A DNA stretch of 64,000 bases from Hormiphora californensis. Taxonomy: Eukaryota; Animalia; Ctenophora. The stretch's first letter is position 1. The number at the start of each line of letters is the position of its first letter. Shown here piece by piece: positions 27,179 through 38,204 of this stretch. The notes under the pieces are model-generated. The model had not been told where the DNA came from. It saw nothing but the letters and a program-made list of their open reading frames with translations, and ran no database searches. The stretch lies in contig CM035360.1 in the NCBI GenBank assembly GCA_020137815.1, positions 3,286,001 to 3,350,000 of the forward strand. The letters run 5' to 3'. The position numbers and the translations under genes were made by a program.

Positions 27179-30110
27179 ATGATTTCAGAAGATATGTCCT
27201 CTACAAATACAACTGAGGAACAACTGCGGATAATCTCGGAGCTGGTAGCTGAAGCGGATACCCCTGTCAAGGAGGTGCTCCAAGCCTATGATCCTGAGTT
27301 AACCTATGAGGAGATGCTACCGAAGATCGAAACACTCCCTGTAAGTGACCTAGAGGCTACTGCAGCTTTCCTCGGACAAGAGGTGACATGTGTGACTGGA
27401 GCGAAAAAATACCACTCAGAGAGAACACTGTCAGACTGGATTATCATGAGGACTGAGGCTCTCTTTCCCCAAACATGTAGAGAGTGTAGTGAATCCTACA
27501 CGGTGAAAAGGACTGATACACCCCCTGTTCGGTGTAACTATTGCGATGCTGGACTTCACAACTGTGCGGCTATCCGTGCTGAAGCTGGGAACAAAACCAA
27601 CACAAGGAGCCGAATATGGATGTGCAACGACTGTGTCTCAAAACATACTATTGAGAGGTTCAACAGTCACCTACCTGAGGGAGGTCCTCCAAACCCTACT
27701 CTTAATTCAACTCGACGCAGTTCAAATAGAGAGGTATTGGACAGAAGGACCAGTCAGCCTGCTGGCGGACGGAACGATCTTGCTGGCAGAAGGAATAATG
27801 GCCCACCTACCGGTGGAGATACAGGTGCGGCATCCTCCACCTCAAATGATTTCAGAAGATATGTCCTCTACAAATACAACTGAGGAACAACTGCGGATAA
27901 TCTCGGAGCTGGTAGCTGAAGCGGATACCCCTGTCAAGGAGGTGCTCCAAGCCTATGATCCTGAGTTAACCTATGAGGAGATGCTACCGAAGATCGAAAC
28001 ACTCCCTGTAAGTGACCTAGAGGCTACTGCAGCTTTCCTCGGACAAGAGGTGACATGTGTGACTGGAGCGAAAAAATACCACTCAGAGAGAACACTGTCA
28101 GACTGGATTATCATGAGGACTGAGGCTCTCTTTCCCCAAACATGTAGAGAGTGTAGTGAATCCTACACGGTGAAAAGGACTGATACACCCCCTGTTCGGT
28201 GTAACTATTGCGATGCTGGACTTCACAACTGTGCGGCTATCCGTGCTGAAGCTGGGAACAAAACCAACACAAGGAGCCGAATATGGATGTGCAACGACTG
28301 TGTCTCAAAACATACTATTGAGAGGTTCAACAGTCACCTACCTGAGGGAGGTCCTCCAAACCCTACTCTTAATTCAACTCGACGCAGTTCAAATAGAGAG
28401 GTATTGGACAGAAGGACCAGTCAGCCTGCTGGCGGACGGAACGATCTTGCTGGCAGAAGGAATAATGGCCCACCTACCGGTGGAGATACAGGGTCGGACG
28501 AGTCACCCCCTCCCTGCCGACGGACCTCCCTGCCGACGGGTCGGCAGGGAGGTCATTCGGCAGGGAGGGCGGGATATGGGGGTATAATGTCCTACGTGCC
28601 GACGAAATTGGGATGAGATCGCCGTCGGCACGTAGGACATTATACCCCTATTTTCTGCCCTCCCTGCCGACGGACCTCCCTACCGATCGGCAGGGAGGGC
28701 CGTCGGCAGGGAGGACATTTTACCCCTCCTTTTACCCTCTGTGCCGACGGTCGGCAGGGAGGACATTTTACCCCTCCTTTTACCCTCTGTACCGACGATC
28801 GGCAGGGAGGACATTTTACCCCTCCTTTTACCCTCTGTACCGACGATCGGCAAGTAGGGCCGTCGGCAGGGAGGACATTTACCCCTCCTTTTCAGCCTCA
28901 CTACCGACGATCGGCAGGGAGGACATTTACCCCTCCTTTTCACCCTCTGTGCCGACGAAACCATAACCCAAACCATCGCCCTAACCATCACCCTAACCAC
29001 CGCCCTAACCACCGCCCTAACCCTAACCCTAACCCTTACCCTAACCCTTACCCTAACGATACTCAGAGGAACAATACACAGTGAACTCTTCGTATTTGGC
29101 CTGCCGGCCAAATTCTCGAGCTCACAGAAGGAGTGAAACGCCCTCCCTACCGATCGTCGATACAGAGGGTAAAAGGAGGGGTGAAATATCCTCCCTGCCG
29201 ATCGTCGGTACAGAGGGTGAATAGGAGGGGTAAATGTCCTCCCTGCCGAATACTCTCTCGGAGTCAGTTTTCGGCAGGGAGGGCGGAATATAGGGGTCAA
29301 ATGTCCTACGTGCCGACGGCGATCTCATCCCAATCTCGTCGGCACGTAGGACATTATACCCCTATATCCCGCCCTCCCTGCCGAATGACCTCCCTGCCGA
29401 CCCGTCGGCAGGGAGGTCTGTCGGCAGGGAGGGCGGGTACCGGGTCGGACACGGAGGTTTGTAAATTCTACCTGCAGAGGAGATGCCGACACGGCAAAAA
29501 CGGAACCGCCAGGGTTGGAAACAGAACCTGCCCAAAAGCCCACCCCACCCTGTGTAAAAAGTTCTGTAACTATGGAACCATGAGGAGATTTGGATGTAAT
29601 ACTGAAAATTGCAACCTATCTCATCCTCCCCTCTGTAAGAACTCAGAGTTACGTCACCAGTGCTTTAAACAAAACTGCATGAAGCAACATCTAAAAGATA
29701 CTCAGCGGAGCCCGCCTTTTAGAGTTGATGAAGCACCCCGGAACACTGGTTTAAATGCTCGGAATGATCGTGACAGAAACCAATCCTCTCGGAGCAGGGG
29801 TGTAAACCAAGCACCTCCAAATGAACCAGGAATCTGGTCGTCTGAGCCAACTAGGGATAGGATACCAAGCAGATCCCAATGGCCTCAGGATCAGAACAGG
29901 GGCACGAGGCCTGACCCAGACCCGGCTTTTTTAGACGCCATCATCGACCGTCTCAGGGACTCTATAGCCGGGATAGTGAGGATGGAAATGAGGAATCGCC
30001 CGGAGCGGGAGCCCGACCAACAGCACTACAGCTCCCAGCCGACCCAACTCCCTCCAGGAATGGGCAACACATACAGTCCTCATCATCAGAGGGACAGACG
30101 GTCTTACTAA
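27179..30110 (+). pseudogene. LINE A ORF1 (PHD-like plus CCCH fingers), disrupted
   Basis: Aligns with the intact ORF1 of LINE B. Broken by a 667-bp tandem duplication and a MITE at 28500-29441. Confidence 0.88.
28500..29441. mobile_element. MITE with a 9-bp TSD (MuDR/Merlin-like)
   Basis: TSD GGGTCGGAC at 28491-28499 and 29442-29450; CCCTGCCGAC subrepeats; CCCTAA core. Confidence 0.85.
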
Positions 30111-30151
30111 ATACAGCAGGACCCTCAGTTCCCAGTAATCTCTCAAAACTG

Positions 30152-33121
30152 TTGCTTCTAAACGCCCGTAGCCTGAACCCGTCTGCGGGCAGTGAGGCAA
30201 GGTTCAAACTGGAGAACTTGAAGGACACCATTATGAACTCAAATATTCCTGTCATGGCTGCAGCCATCACGGAAACTTGGTGGCGGGCAGAATACTCGGA
30301 CGCACAGGTTAATATTCCTGGTTTTTCTGTCATCCGCAGCGATCGGGAAGGTAGGGTTGGGGGTGGCTGTGCCCTCTATCTCCACTCATCGGTGACCCCT
30401 TCCGATCAGATCACATTTTCAGATGAAAGCAACAGTGTTGTGGCGGTATACATTCCAAACATGAACTGTATTATCTCGTCAGTATACAGGGCTCCCACAG
30501 TGCCTGTGAACCTAGTTCTTGGGATTTTGGAGGAATTTATCTCACGTCACTCGTGTGAAGATTGTCCTCCAGATGTGTTTACGCTTGGTGACTTTAACAT
30601 GCCTCAGGTAAACTGGACATCAGTATCAGCGGATCAGGGAAATGCTCTGGTTGACTTTGCTGAGAGAAATTTCCTTACCCAGTTGGTTACAGAGCCTACT
30701 AGAGGACGGAACATTTTAGACATTGTACTTACAAACAGGGTGGATTATGTTTTTGACACCGATGTATCAGCCACCCAGATGTCGGACCACTCCATGGTGT
30801 CTTGTGTCCTCGGAATCGGGATCCACCAGTCCAAAACAGAACGTACAGCAGCTGGAAAAGGATTCAAGGCCCTTGACTACCACAACGCAGATTTTACTGC
30901 TGCAGGAGAGGAGCTGAGCAGTATTGATTGGGACACACTCCTATCCTCTTGTATTTCAGACGATGATGGCCACTCAATTGTGCAGTGTATCAGAGAGAAG
31001 ATACTAGAGGTATTTGAAAAACACAGCAAGAGAAAGAGGTTTGGTACCCAGAGAAAGAGAGATCCCTACCTGAGAAGACTGAAAAGGAGGCAGAAAAAGC
31101 TGAACTCTCGGATGAAACTGGCCAAGCAGAGATGCTCACACCAGTCCCTCATCGATAAACTCGAACGCAAGATAGACAAGACAGCCGATAAGATTAAGGC
31201 GTACTTGTTAGGCCTGCTGGAAGTAAAGGAGAGGAAAGCCATTGACACTATCAAATCAAATTCACGGTTTTTCTGGTCCTTTGTCAACAAGCACCGAAAA
31301 ATCAAATCGAGTGTGGCTCCACTCCTGAGACCTGATGGTACAGTGACTGATGACCCTCTGGAAAAGTCAAATATTCTCCAGTCGCAATATGTAGGAGTAT
31401 TCAGTGATCCGTCCATGTGCTCGGTTGAGGAGGCTATCAAGGACATTCCTTCTACGACCTGCACGCTAGATGAACTTGACTTCACCCCTGGTTGTATTGA
31501 AGCTGCACTGGCTGAATTGGACCCCTACGCTGGAGCACCTTCAGATGACATACCTGCGGTTATACTATCAAAGTGCCGGAAACAGCTAGCATACCCACTT
31601 TGGTTGCTCTGGAACCGTTCATTCACTGAGGGTGTTGTACCAGGTTGTCTCAAACGGCAACAGGTGACCCCAATTTTCAAAAAGGGTTCAAAGATGGAGG
31701 CTAAAAACTATCGCCCTGTTGCCCTCACATCCCATATGATAAAAACTTTTGAAAGGGTTGTGAGGAACAAAGTTGTGGATCACCTGGAGGGAAATGGAAT
31801 CTTCAATGATGGTCAGCACGGCTTTCGGAGAAATAGGAGTTGTCTGACCCAACTTTTGAACCACTATGACAACATCATGCGTGAACTGAATAACGGTCTG
31901 GAAGTGGATGTTGTTTATTTGGATATGGAGAAGGCGTTCGATAAAGTCGATATCAAGGCTTTATTGGGCAAGCTTGAGAAGTATGGTATACGTGGAAGAC
32001 TTCTCCGCTGGATAAGTGACTTTCTTTCAGCTAGAATACAGACAGTAGTGGTGGATGGAGTTCAGTCTCGGCCGGAACTCGTCATTAGTGGAGTCCCCCA
32101 GGGCACTGTTCTTGGCCCGCTTCTGTTCTTGGTTTATATGATAGACATTGAATCACTTCTTGCTGGAACAGTCCTAACTTTTGCAGATGACTCCAAGCTG
32201 TGGAAAGCGATCAGGTCACTCAACGACAGAGATAACCTGCAGCTGAGTCTTAATGAATTTGGACGTTGGGCTTCAGACAACAATATGTCACTCCATCAGG
32301 ATAAGTTTGAGGTGATAAATTATACACTTCGCTCCACCCAACTCCTGAGGGAGCTTCCTTTCTCCACTGACAATTATCTTTACAATGGTCCCGGAGGCGA
32401 GGCAATATCACCAAGTTTCACTGTGAGAGATCTAGGGGTCCTTGTATCTGCAGACTGCACTTGGTCAGAACACATAGGCAGCATTACTGCCAAGGCTAGA
32501 CGCATGAGTGGCTGGGCACTTAGTGTATTTCGGGATAGATCCGATGATACTATGCTAACGTTACTGAAGTCCATCATTAGGCCTCAGGTGGAGTACTGTT
32601 GTCCATTATGGAGCCCGGTGAAAAAGTCCGATATCGCCCTGGTTGAAGAGGCTCAGAGACACTTCACACGTAGGATTGAGAGCTGTTCCGGCATGGGGTA
32701 CTGGGATCGGCTCCAACATCTTGGTATCTTGTCCCTCCAGCGGCGTCGTGAGCGATACATGATTATCCATGTCTGGAAGGTTCTTCATGAGGTAGTTCCA
32801 AACGGCACGGGTCTCCTGTTTACTGAGCACACCCGTCTTGGTACCAGAGCATTGGTCCCCCGTTACAATTACCTCGCTCAAAAATCCATATCTGGCCCTT
32901 ATGACTCATCATTCGGTGTTAGAGGAGCACAGTTGTGGAATTCCCTACCCCGTGCAGTGAGAGAGGCAACATCACTGCTCGAGTTGAAACAGTCCCTTGG
33001 GTCCTACTTAACCACCATCCCCGACCAGCCACCTGTCCGCGGTTACCGGGTGGAGCACAGTAACTCCTTGATTGATTGGAGAAATGACCCCAGTGTGTTT
33101 AAAGAGATGGGCGACTCATAG
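30152..33121 (+). CDS. LINE A ORF2: APE endonuclease plus reverse transcriptase (frame open from 29915)
   Basis: LNARS, ITETW, GDFN, SDH; NYRPVALTS, QHGFR, GVPQG, FADD; no internal stops. Confidence 0.95.
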   Translation: MLLNARSLNPSAGSEARFKLENLKDTIMNSNIPVMAAAITETWWRAEYSDAQVNIPGFSVIRSDREGRVGGGCALYLHSSVTPSDQITFSDESNSVVAVYIPNMNCIISSVYRAPTVPVNLVLGILEEFISRHSCEDCPPDVFTLGDFNMPQVNWTSVSADQGNALVDFAERNFLTQLVTEPTRGRNILDIVLTNRVDYVFDTDVSATQMSDHSMVSCVLGIGIHQSKTERTAAGKGFKALDYHNADFTAAGEELSSIDWDTLLSSCISDDDGHSIVQCIREKILEVFEKHSKRKRFGTQRKRDPYLRRLKRRQKKLNSRMKLAKQRCSHQSLIDKLERKIDKTADKIKAYLLGLLEVKERKAIDTIKSNSRFFWSFVNKHRKIKSSVAPLLRPDGTVTDDPLEKSNILQSQYVGVFSDPSMCSVEEAIKDIPSTTCTLDELDFTPGCIEAALAELDPYAGAPSDDIPAVILSKCRKQLAYPLWLLWNRSFTEGVVPGCLKRQQVTPIFKKGSKMEAKNYRPVALTSHMIKTFERVVRNKVVDHLEGNGIFNDGQHGFRRNRSCLTQLLNHYDNIMRELNNGLEVDVVYLDMEKAFDKVDIKALLGKLEKYGIRGRLLRWISDFLSARIQTVVVDGVQSRPELVISGVPQGTVLGPLLFLVYMIDIESLLAGTVLTFADDSKLWKAIRSLNDRDNLQLSLNEFGRWASDNNMSLHQDKFEVINYTLRSTQLLRELPFSTDNYLYNGPGGEAISPSFTVRDLGVLVSADCTWSEHIGSITAKARRMSGWALSVFRDRSDDTMLTLLKSIIRPQVEYCCPLWSPVKKSDIALVEEAQRHFTRRIESCSGMGYWDRLQHLGILSLQRRRERYMIIHVWKVLHEVVPNGTGLLFTEHTRLGTRALVPRYNYLAQKSISGPYDSSFGVRGAQLWNSLPRAVREATSLLELKQSLGSYLTTIPDQPPVRGYRVEHSNSLIDWRNDPSVFKEMGDS

Positions 33122-33275
33122 AAATGTGTTTTGCTTTTCATTGTCATTTGGCTGATACATATAACCTGCTGACTTTCCATGTCATCTGAGTGTTGGCTCC
33201 TTTTGAGCTAAAGCTTTGTGTACAATACTAAATTTATTTACGAATGTTTACGAATGTTTACGAATGATGATTTGC

Positions 33276-33690
33276 GAGAGGTACACTATGATTCTTGTGT
33301 GGAAAGTGTACAACAATGAGATACCCAACAGTACTGATATGTGTTTCGTCGACAGGCACCGCTCGGCGCTCTGACCCTAGAGCTGTCGTCCCTCGTCCCC
33401 TCAATACTCGTACGAGGCTCAACGATCTAACCTATATGAACAATCATTTGCGGTACTGGGGGCAAGGTTGTGGAACACTTTGCCTCGATCTGTAAAGGAG
33501 GCCCCAACTCTTTATCAGTTCAAATCTCAGCTAGGTAGTTTCCTCTCTACCATTCCGGACTGTCAGGCCAATGCTCTGACCATGCAGTTCTCGCGCGCTG
33601 TCAGGCCAATGCTCTGACAGATTCCGGATACACCCCCCATCAGCGGTTATCCTGCTCAAGCAAACAGCAACTCAATACTAGAGTGGTGTC
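33276..33690 (+). pseudogene. Old CR1-group 3' fragment
   Basis: ERYTMILVWKV..GARLWN.LP..IPD.P remnants. Confidence 0.65.
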
Positions 33691-34170
33691 CATGATGCGT
33701 GTTAGTGTGTTATGTGTCGCTGTGCTGTGAGTGTACTGAGTATTGACTCTTTTTAGGAGGTTTATCTTTTAACTTTTTAAATACTAGCGCACCCATTGGG
33801 TGCGCCTCAAGTAAGGGTTTTTTGCCCCTTTGAACGTGAAAAAAACGGTTGCCATGGCAACTGAATTGGTAACTATGGGGACTGGCATGTTGTTGGGCAC
33901 GTCGCGCCCCCCATGTTCGCAGGCAAGGCATGTTGAAATTCATTCGAAAATATCAAAAAACTTCCACTGGAACTTCAGAAAGTGTGAATAACAGCTTTAC
34001 AGCTTTCGTCATATGAAGTGTTTTATGAAGGAGCAGCCTGTCGCTTAGATACCGCCTAACGAACGACCATCACTTCGACGTTCATCTCCAAATTATAATA
34101 GAGATCCTAAGTGTTACGCAAATTTATGAATTTGAATTTGAATTTGAATTTGTTGAGGTGTAAAGTTTAT

Positions 34171-34318
34171 GAGGCCCCTCGGAAATGTTCAAGTCATGCA
34201 CAATCAAGTCACGCCCACCAATCACAGCGCAGAACGCGCGAAGCACTCCGCGTGTTCTGAGCTGTGATTGGTGGGCGTGACTTGATTGTGCATGACTTGA
34301 ACATTTCCGAGGGGCCTC
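34171..34318. mobile_element. 148-bp palindromic MITE with GAG..CTC ends and AT flanks (a split second copy spans 34506-42462)
   Basis: Near-perfect hairpin. The second copy's left end is at 34506 and the remainder at 42342-42462. Confidence 0.8.
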
Positions 34319-34964
34319 ATTATATTGTGTTTATTATATATTGTGTTTATTATATATTGTGTTTATTACTACGCGCACTTGCAACAGATTTCAAACATCG
34401 CGCGGCGCAATATTTGCGCGTTTACCGCGCGCGCACAAAAAACTAAAATCCAAGGCCAAGCTCGAATTTCGGAAATAAAATTTTTTGATCGAAATTTTTT
34501 ATGATGAGGCCCCTCGGAAATGTTCAAGTCATATTGTTTTGGGAAACTTGTATGGAAATCCCTCGCCGCTTTACGTCGGATCCTGTGTGATAATGAGTGA
34601 TGAAGGCAGCACTCAAGGCTGCCCCAGTGCGATGGCGATGTACAGCCTCGGAATTCTCCCCCTTATCAACCTGGCTGATATGGGTGACATCATACAGTGT
34701 TGGTACGCTGATGATGCCAACGCTGCAGGAAATCTGACAGGTCTCTTGGACTGGTTCTCGCTAGTGCAGACACAGGGACCGGCATTTGGTTACTTCGTAA
34801 ATCCTGAAAAGTGTAACCTGATTGTTCATTCATAACATTCATAAATAAATTAAGCATTGTACACAAAGTTTCAGCTCAAAAAGAGCTAACACTCAGACAC
34901 CAAAAGGAATCGGGTTTTAATGGGCAGCCAAACAACATAGAAAAGCAAAACACCCCTGAATGAT

Positions 34965-37900
34965 TTACTCTCTGAAAACACTCGGATCGTTTCTCCAATC
35001 CAACAGGGAGTTACTGTGCTGAACACTATACCCACGAACCGGTGGCTGGTCAGGGATGGTGGACAGATATTTACCGAGCGACTGCTTTAGCTCGAGTAGG
35101 GAAGCTGAAGATCTCACTACCCGAGGCACTGCATTCCATAACTGAGCTCCTTTTACGCCGAATGATGAGTCATAGGGGCCAGAGATGGATTTTTGGGCCA
35201 AGTAGTTATACCGAGGGATTACCGCTCTGGTGCCAAGGCGTGGGTGCTCTGTAAACAAGAGACTCGTACTGTTTGGTACTACCTTATGCAAGACCTTCCA
35301 GACGTGGATAATTGTATATCGTTCTCGGCGCCGTTGAAGGGACAGGATTTTGAGGTGATGGAGTCTGTCCCAGTAATTCATGCCCGAACAACTCGCGATC
35401 CTGCGGGTGAATTGTCTCTGTGCCTCCTCAACCAGTGCAATATCTGACTTTTTGACAGGGTTCCATAGGGGACAACAGTATTCAACCTGGGGTCTGACGA
35501 TGGATTTGAGTAGGGTTAGCATGGTGTCATCCGATCTATCCCGAAACACACTAAGTGCCCAGCCACTCATCCGACGAGCCTTAGTCGTGATGCTGCCGAT
35601 ATGCTCCGACCATGCACAGTTAGTTGAAACAAGGACTCCTAGGTCTTTGACAGATTCGCTAGGGGATATCGTTTCGCCTCCAGGCCCACTGTAGGAGTAG
35701 TTTTCATTGGAGAATGGCAGCTCTCTTAACAGTTGGGTGGAGCGAAGAGTATAGTTCATAACTTCAAATTTGTCCTGGTGTAGGGACATGTTGTTATCTG
35801 TCGCCCAACGTGCAAACACAGCTAGACTTTTCTGGAGATCCTCTCTATCATCCAATGACTTGATTGCCTTCCACAGCTTGGAATCGTCTGCGAAGGTGAG
35901 GACTGTGCCAGAAAGAAGTGTCTCTATGTCTATCATATAGACTAAAAACAACAAGGGACCAATAACTGTACCCTGTGGGACACCACTGATGACCAATTCC
36001 TCCCGAGACTGAGCACCATCTACCATCACTGTTTGTACTCTTTCTGAAAGGAAGTTGTTGATCCAACGGTGTAGCTGTCCCCGAATACCGTATTTTTCCA
36101 ATTTTGCCATCAAGACCTTGACATCGACTTTGTCAAAAGCCTTCTCCATGTCTAAATACACAACATCCACTTCGTGTCCGTTATTCAGTTCTCTCATGAC
36201 ATTATCGTAGTGGTTTAAGAGTTGAGTCAAGCAGCTTCTGTTCCTCCGGAAACCATGCTGGCCATCGTTGAAGAGCCCATTTCCCTCCAGATGATCGACA
36301 ACTTTGTTTCTTACAACTCTCTCAAATGTTTTAATCATGTGGGAGGTGAGTGCGACAGGCCGATAATTTTTTGCCTCCATTTTGGATCCTTTCTTAAACA
36401 CGGGTGTTATATATTGGCGTTTAAGGCATGTTGGTACGACACCCTCATGGAAAGAACAATCCCAAAGTAACCATAAGGGGTATGCCAACTGTTTCCGGCA
36501 CTTGGACAGTATAACCGCTGGTATGTCCCCTGGTGGTGCTCCAGCGTAAGGATCTAACTCAGCCAATGCATCCTCAATACAGCCGGGAGTAAAATCAAGA
36601 TTGTCCAGTGCGATGGTCGTAGAAGGAATATCCTTAGTAGCCTCCTCGGCCGAACACTTAGCAGGATCGCTAAATACCCCCACATACTGTGACTGAAGAA
36701 TGTTTGATTTCTCCAGGGGATCATCGGTAACTGTGCCATCAGGTCTTAGGAGTGGGGCCACACTAGACTTGATTTTCCGATGCTTGTTTACAAATGACCA
36801 GAAAAACCGTGGATTACATTTGATAGTGCCAATAGCCTTTCTCTCTCTTCCTTCCAGAAGCCCAAGGAGGTGAACCTTTATCCTATCACCAGTCTTCTCA
36901 ATTTTACGGTTAAGCTTATCAATCAGGGACTGGTAGGAACATCTCTCCCTAGCAAGTTTTAACCGGGAGTTCAACTTTTTCTGCCTCCTTTTCAATCGTT
37001 TCAGATAGGGATCGCTCTTCTTTAAATTGCTAAAAACCTTCTGTTTAGAATGCTTTTCGAACACGCCTAGAACAATCTCTGTAATACATTGGACATAGGC
37101 GTGGCCGCCATCTTCCATGTCATATGGAGCTAAGTGTTCGTCCCAGTTTATAGCGTCTAGCTCCTCACGTGCCCCGGTGAAGTCAGCATTGTGGTAATCA
37201 AGTGCCTTGAACCCTCTAGCAGCTCGTTTGCAGTCTGACTTAGCCTGTTTCAGCCCAACTCCCAGAATGCAAGAAACGAGAGCGTGGTCAGACATTTGGG
37301 TCGCCGTTACATCCATGTCGAGGACATAGTCCACTCTATTCGTAAGAACAATGTCCAAGATACTCTTACCTCTCGTGGGCTCCGTCACTAGTTGGGTAAG
37401 AAAATTTTTCTCAGCAAATTCAACCAGGGAGTTACTCTGGTCGGTTGGAAGATTTGACCAGTTTACATGGGGCATATTGAAGTCACCTAGCACAAAAACC
37501 TCAGGCGGACAATCACCGGAGGAATGGCGTTGAATAAACTCCTCCAGGATTCCGATGACTTGGAGTGGGTTTGATGTGGGGGCCCTGTAAACTGTTGCAA
37601 TAACGAAGTTTGAGTTAGGAATGTAGACTGCAACGACACTATTACAGTTATCTGAGAAAGCAACCTGATCAGAGGGGGACAAGGATGAATGAAGATATAG
37701 GGCACAGCCACCCCCCACCCTGCCGTCCCGATCACTGCGTATAATAGAATAACCGGGGATACCCACCTGGGCATCTGAAAATTCAGCCCGCCACCAAGTT
37801 TCAGTAATGGCTACGGCCATGGCAGGAATATCAGAGTTGCAAATAGTGTCTTTAAGATTCTCCAGCTTGTACCTTGTTTCGCTACTTGCACTCGGGTTTA

Positions 37901-38204
37901 GACTGCGAGCATTTAGCAGCATAAGTTTGGAAAGGTTGCTGGGAACTGAGGGTTTCTCGGAAGCTAATACGACCGTCTCCCCCTCTGCTGATGAGGGCTG
38001 AAGGTGTAACCTGTTCCTGCTGGCAGTTGAGCCGGTTGGGTGTGTTGGGAGTATAACTGGTCTGGAAGTAGAACTGGTTCTGGCTCTGGACGATTCCTCA
38101 TCTCCGTTCTCACTATCCCGGCTATTGAGTCCCTCAGCCGGTCGAGGACTGCCTCTAAAAAAGCAGCATCTGGTCCAGGTCTCTGATTCTGAGACTGGGA
38201 CCAT
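34965..38204 (-). CDS. LINE B ORF2: APE endonuclease plus RT
   Basis: Same motifs as LINE A ORF2; overlaps ORF1 in the -1 frame. Confidence 0.95.
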   Translation of the reverse strand: MVPVSESETWTRCCFFRGSPRPAEGLNSRDSENGDEESSRARTSSTSRPVILPTHPTGSTASRNRLHLQPSSAEGETVVLASEKPSVPSNLSKLMLLNARSLNPSASSETRYKLENLKDTICNSDIPAMAVAITETWWRAEFSDAQVGIPGYSIIRSDRDGRVGGGCALYLHSSLSPSDQVAFSDNCNSVVAVYIPNSNFVIATVYRAPTSNPLQVIGILEEFIQRHSSGDCPPEVFVLGDFNMPHVNWSNLPTDQSNSLVEFAEKNFLTQLVTEPTRGKSILDIVLTNRVDYVLDMDVTATQMSDHALVSCILGVGLKQAKSDCKRAARGFKALDYHNADFTGAREELDAINWDEHLAPYDMEDGGHAYVQCITEIVLGVFEKHSKQKVFSNLKKSDPYLKRLKRRQKKLNSRLKLARERCSYQSLIDKLNRKIEKTGDRIKVHLLGLLEGRERKAIGTIKCNPRFFWSFVNKHRKIKSSVAPLLRPDGTVTDDPLEKSNILQSQYVGVFSDPAKCSAEEATKDIPSTTIALDNLDFTPGCIEDALAELDPYAGAPPGDIPAVILSKCRKQLAYPLWLLWDCSFHEGVVPTCLKRQYITPVFKKGSKMEAKNYRPVALTSHMIKTFERVVRNKVVDHLEGNGLFNDGQHGFRRNRSCLTQLLNHYDNVMRELNNGHEVDVVYLDMEKAFDKVDVKVLMAKLEKYGIRGQLHRWINNFLSERVQTVMVDGAQSREELVISGVPQGTVIGPLLFLVYMIDIETLLSGTVLTFADDSKLWKAIKSLDDREDLQKSLAVFARWATDNNMSLHQDKFEVMNYTLRSTQLLRELPFSNENYSYSGPGGETISPSESVKDLGVLVSTNCAWSEHIGSITTKARRMSGWALSVFRDRSDDTMLTLLKSIVRPQVEYCCPLWNPVKKSDIALVEEAQRQFTRRIASCSGMNYWDRLHHLKILSLQRRRERYTIIHVWKVLHKVVPNSTSLLFTEHPRLGTRAVIPRYNYLAQKSISGPYDSSFGVKGAQLWNAVPRVVRSSASLLELKQSLGKYLSTIPDQPPVRGYSVQHSNSLLDWRNDPSVFRE

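Larger units (their letters stand above)
27114..33266 (+). mobile_element. Full-length CR1-group LINE A
   Basis: ORF1, an APE-RT ORF2 and a (TTTACGAATG)3 tail. TSD GATGATATGCGAG (27104-27116) vs GATGATTTGCGAG (33266-33278). Confidence 0.93.

Noticed and set aside
27114-27250. A true SL RNA gene (the leader is followed by GT)
   Set aside because: Downstream sequence is LINE ORF1 with no evident Sm site, the leader core lies inside the LINE TSD, and the second copy is followed by GC.
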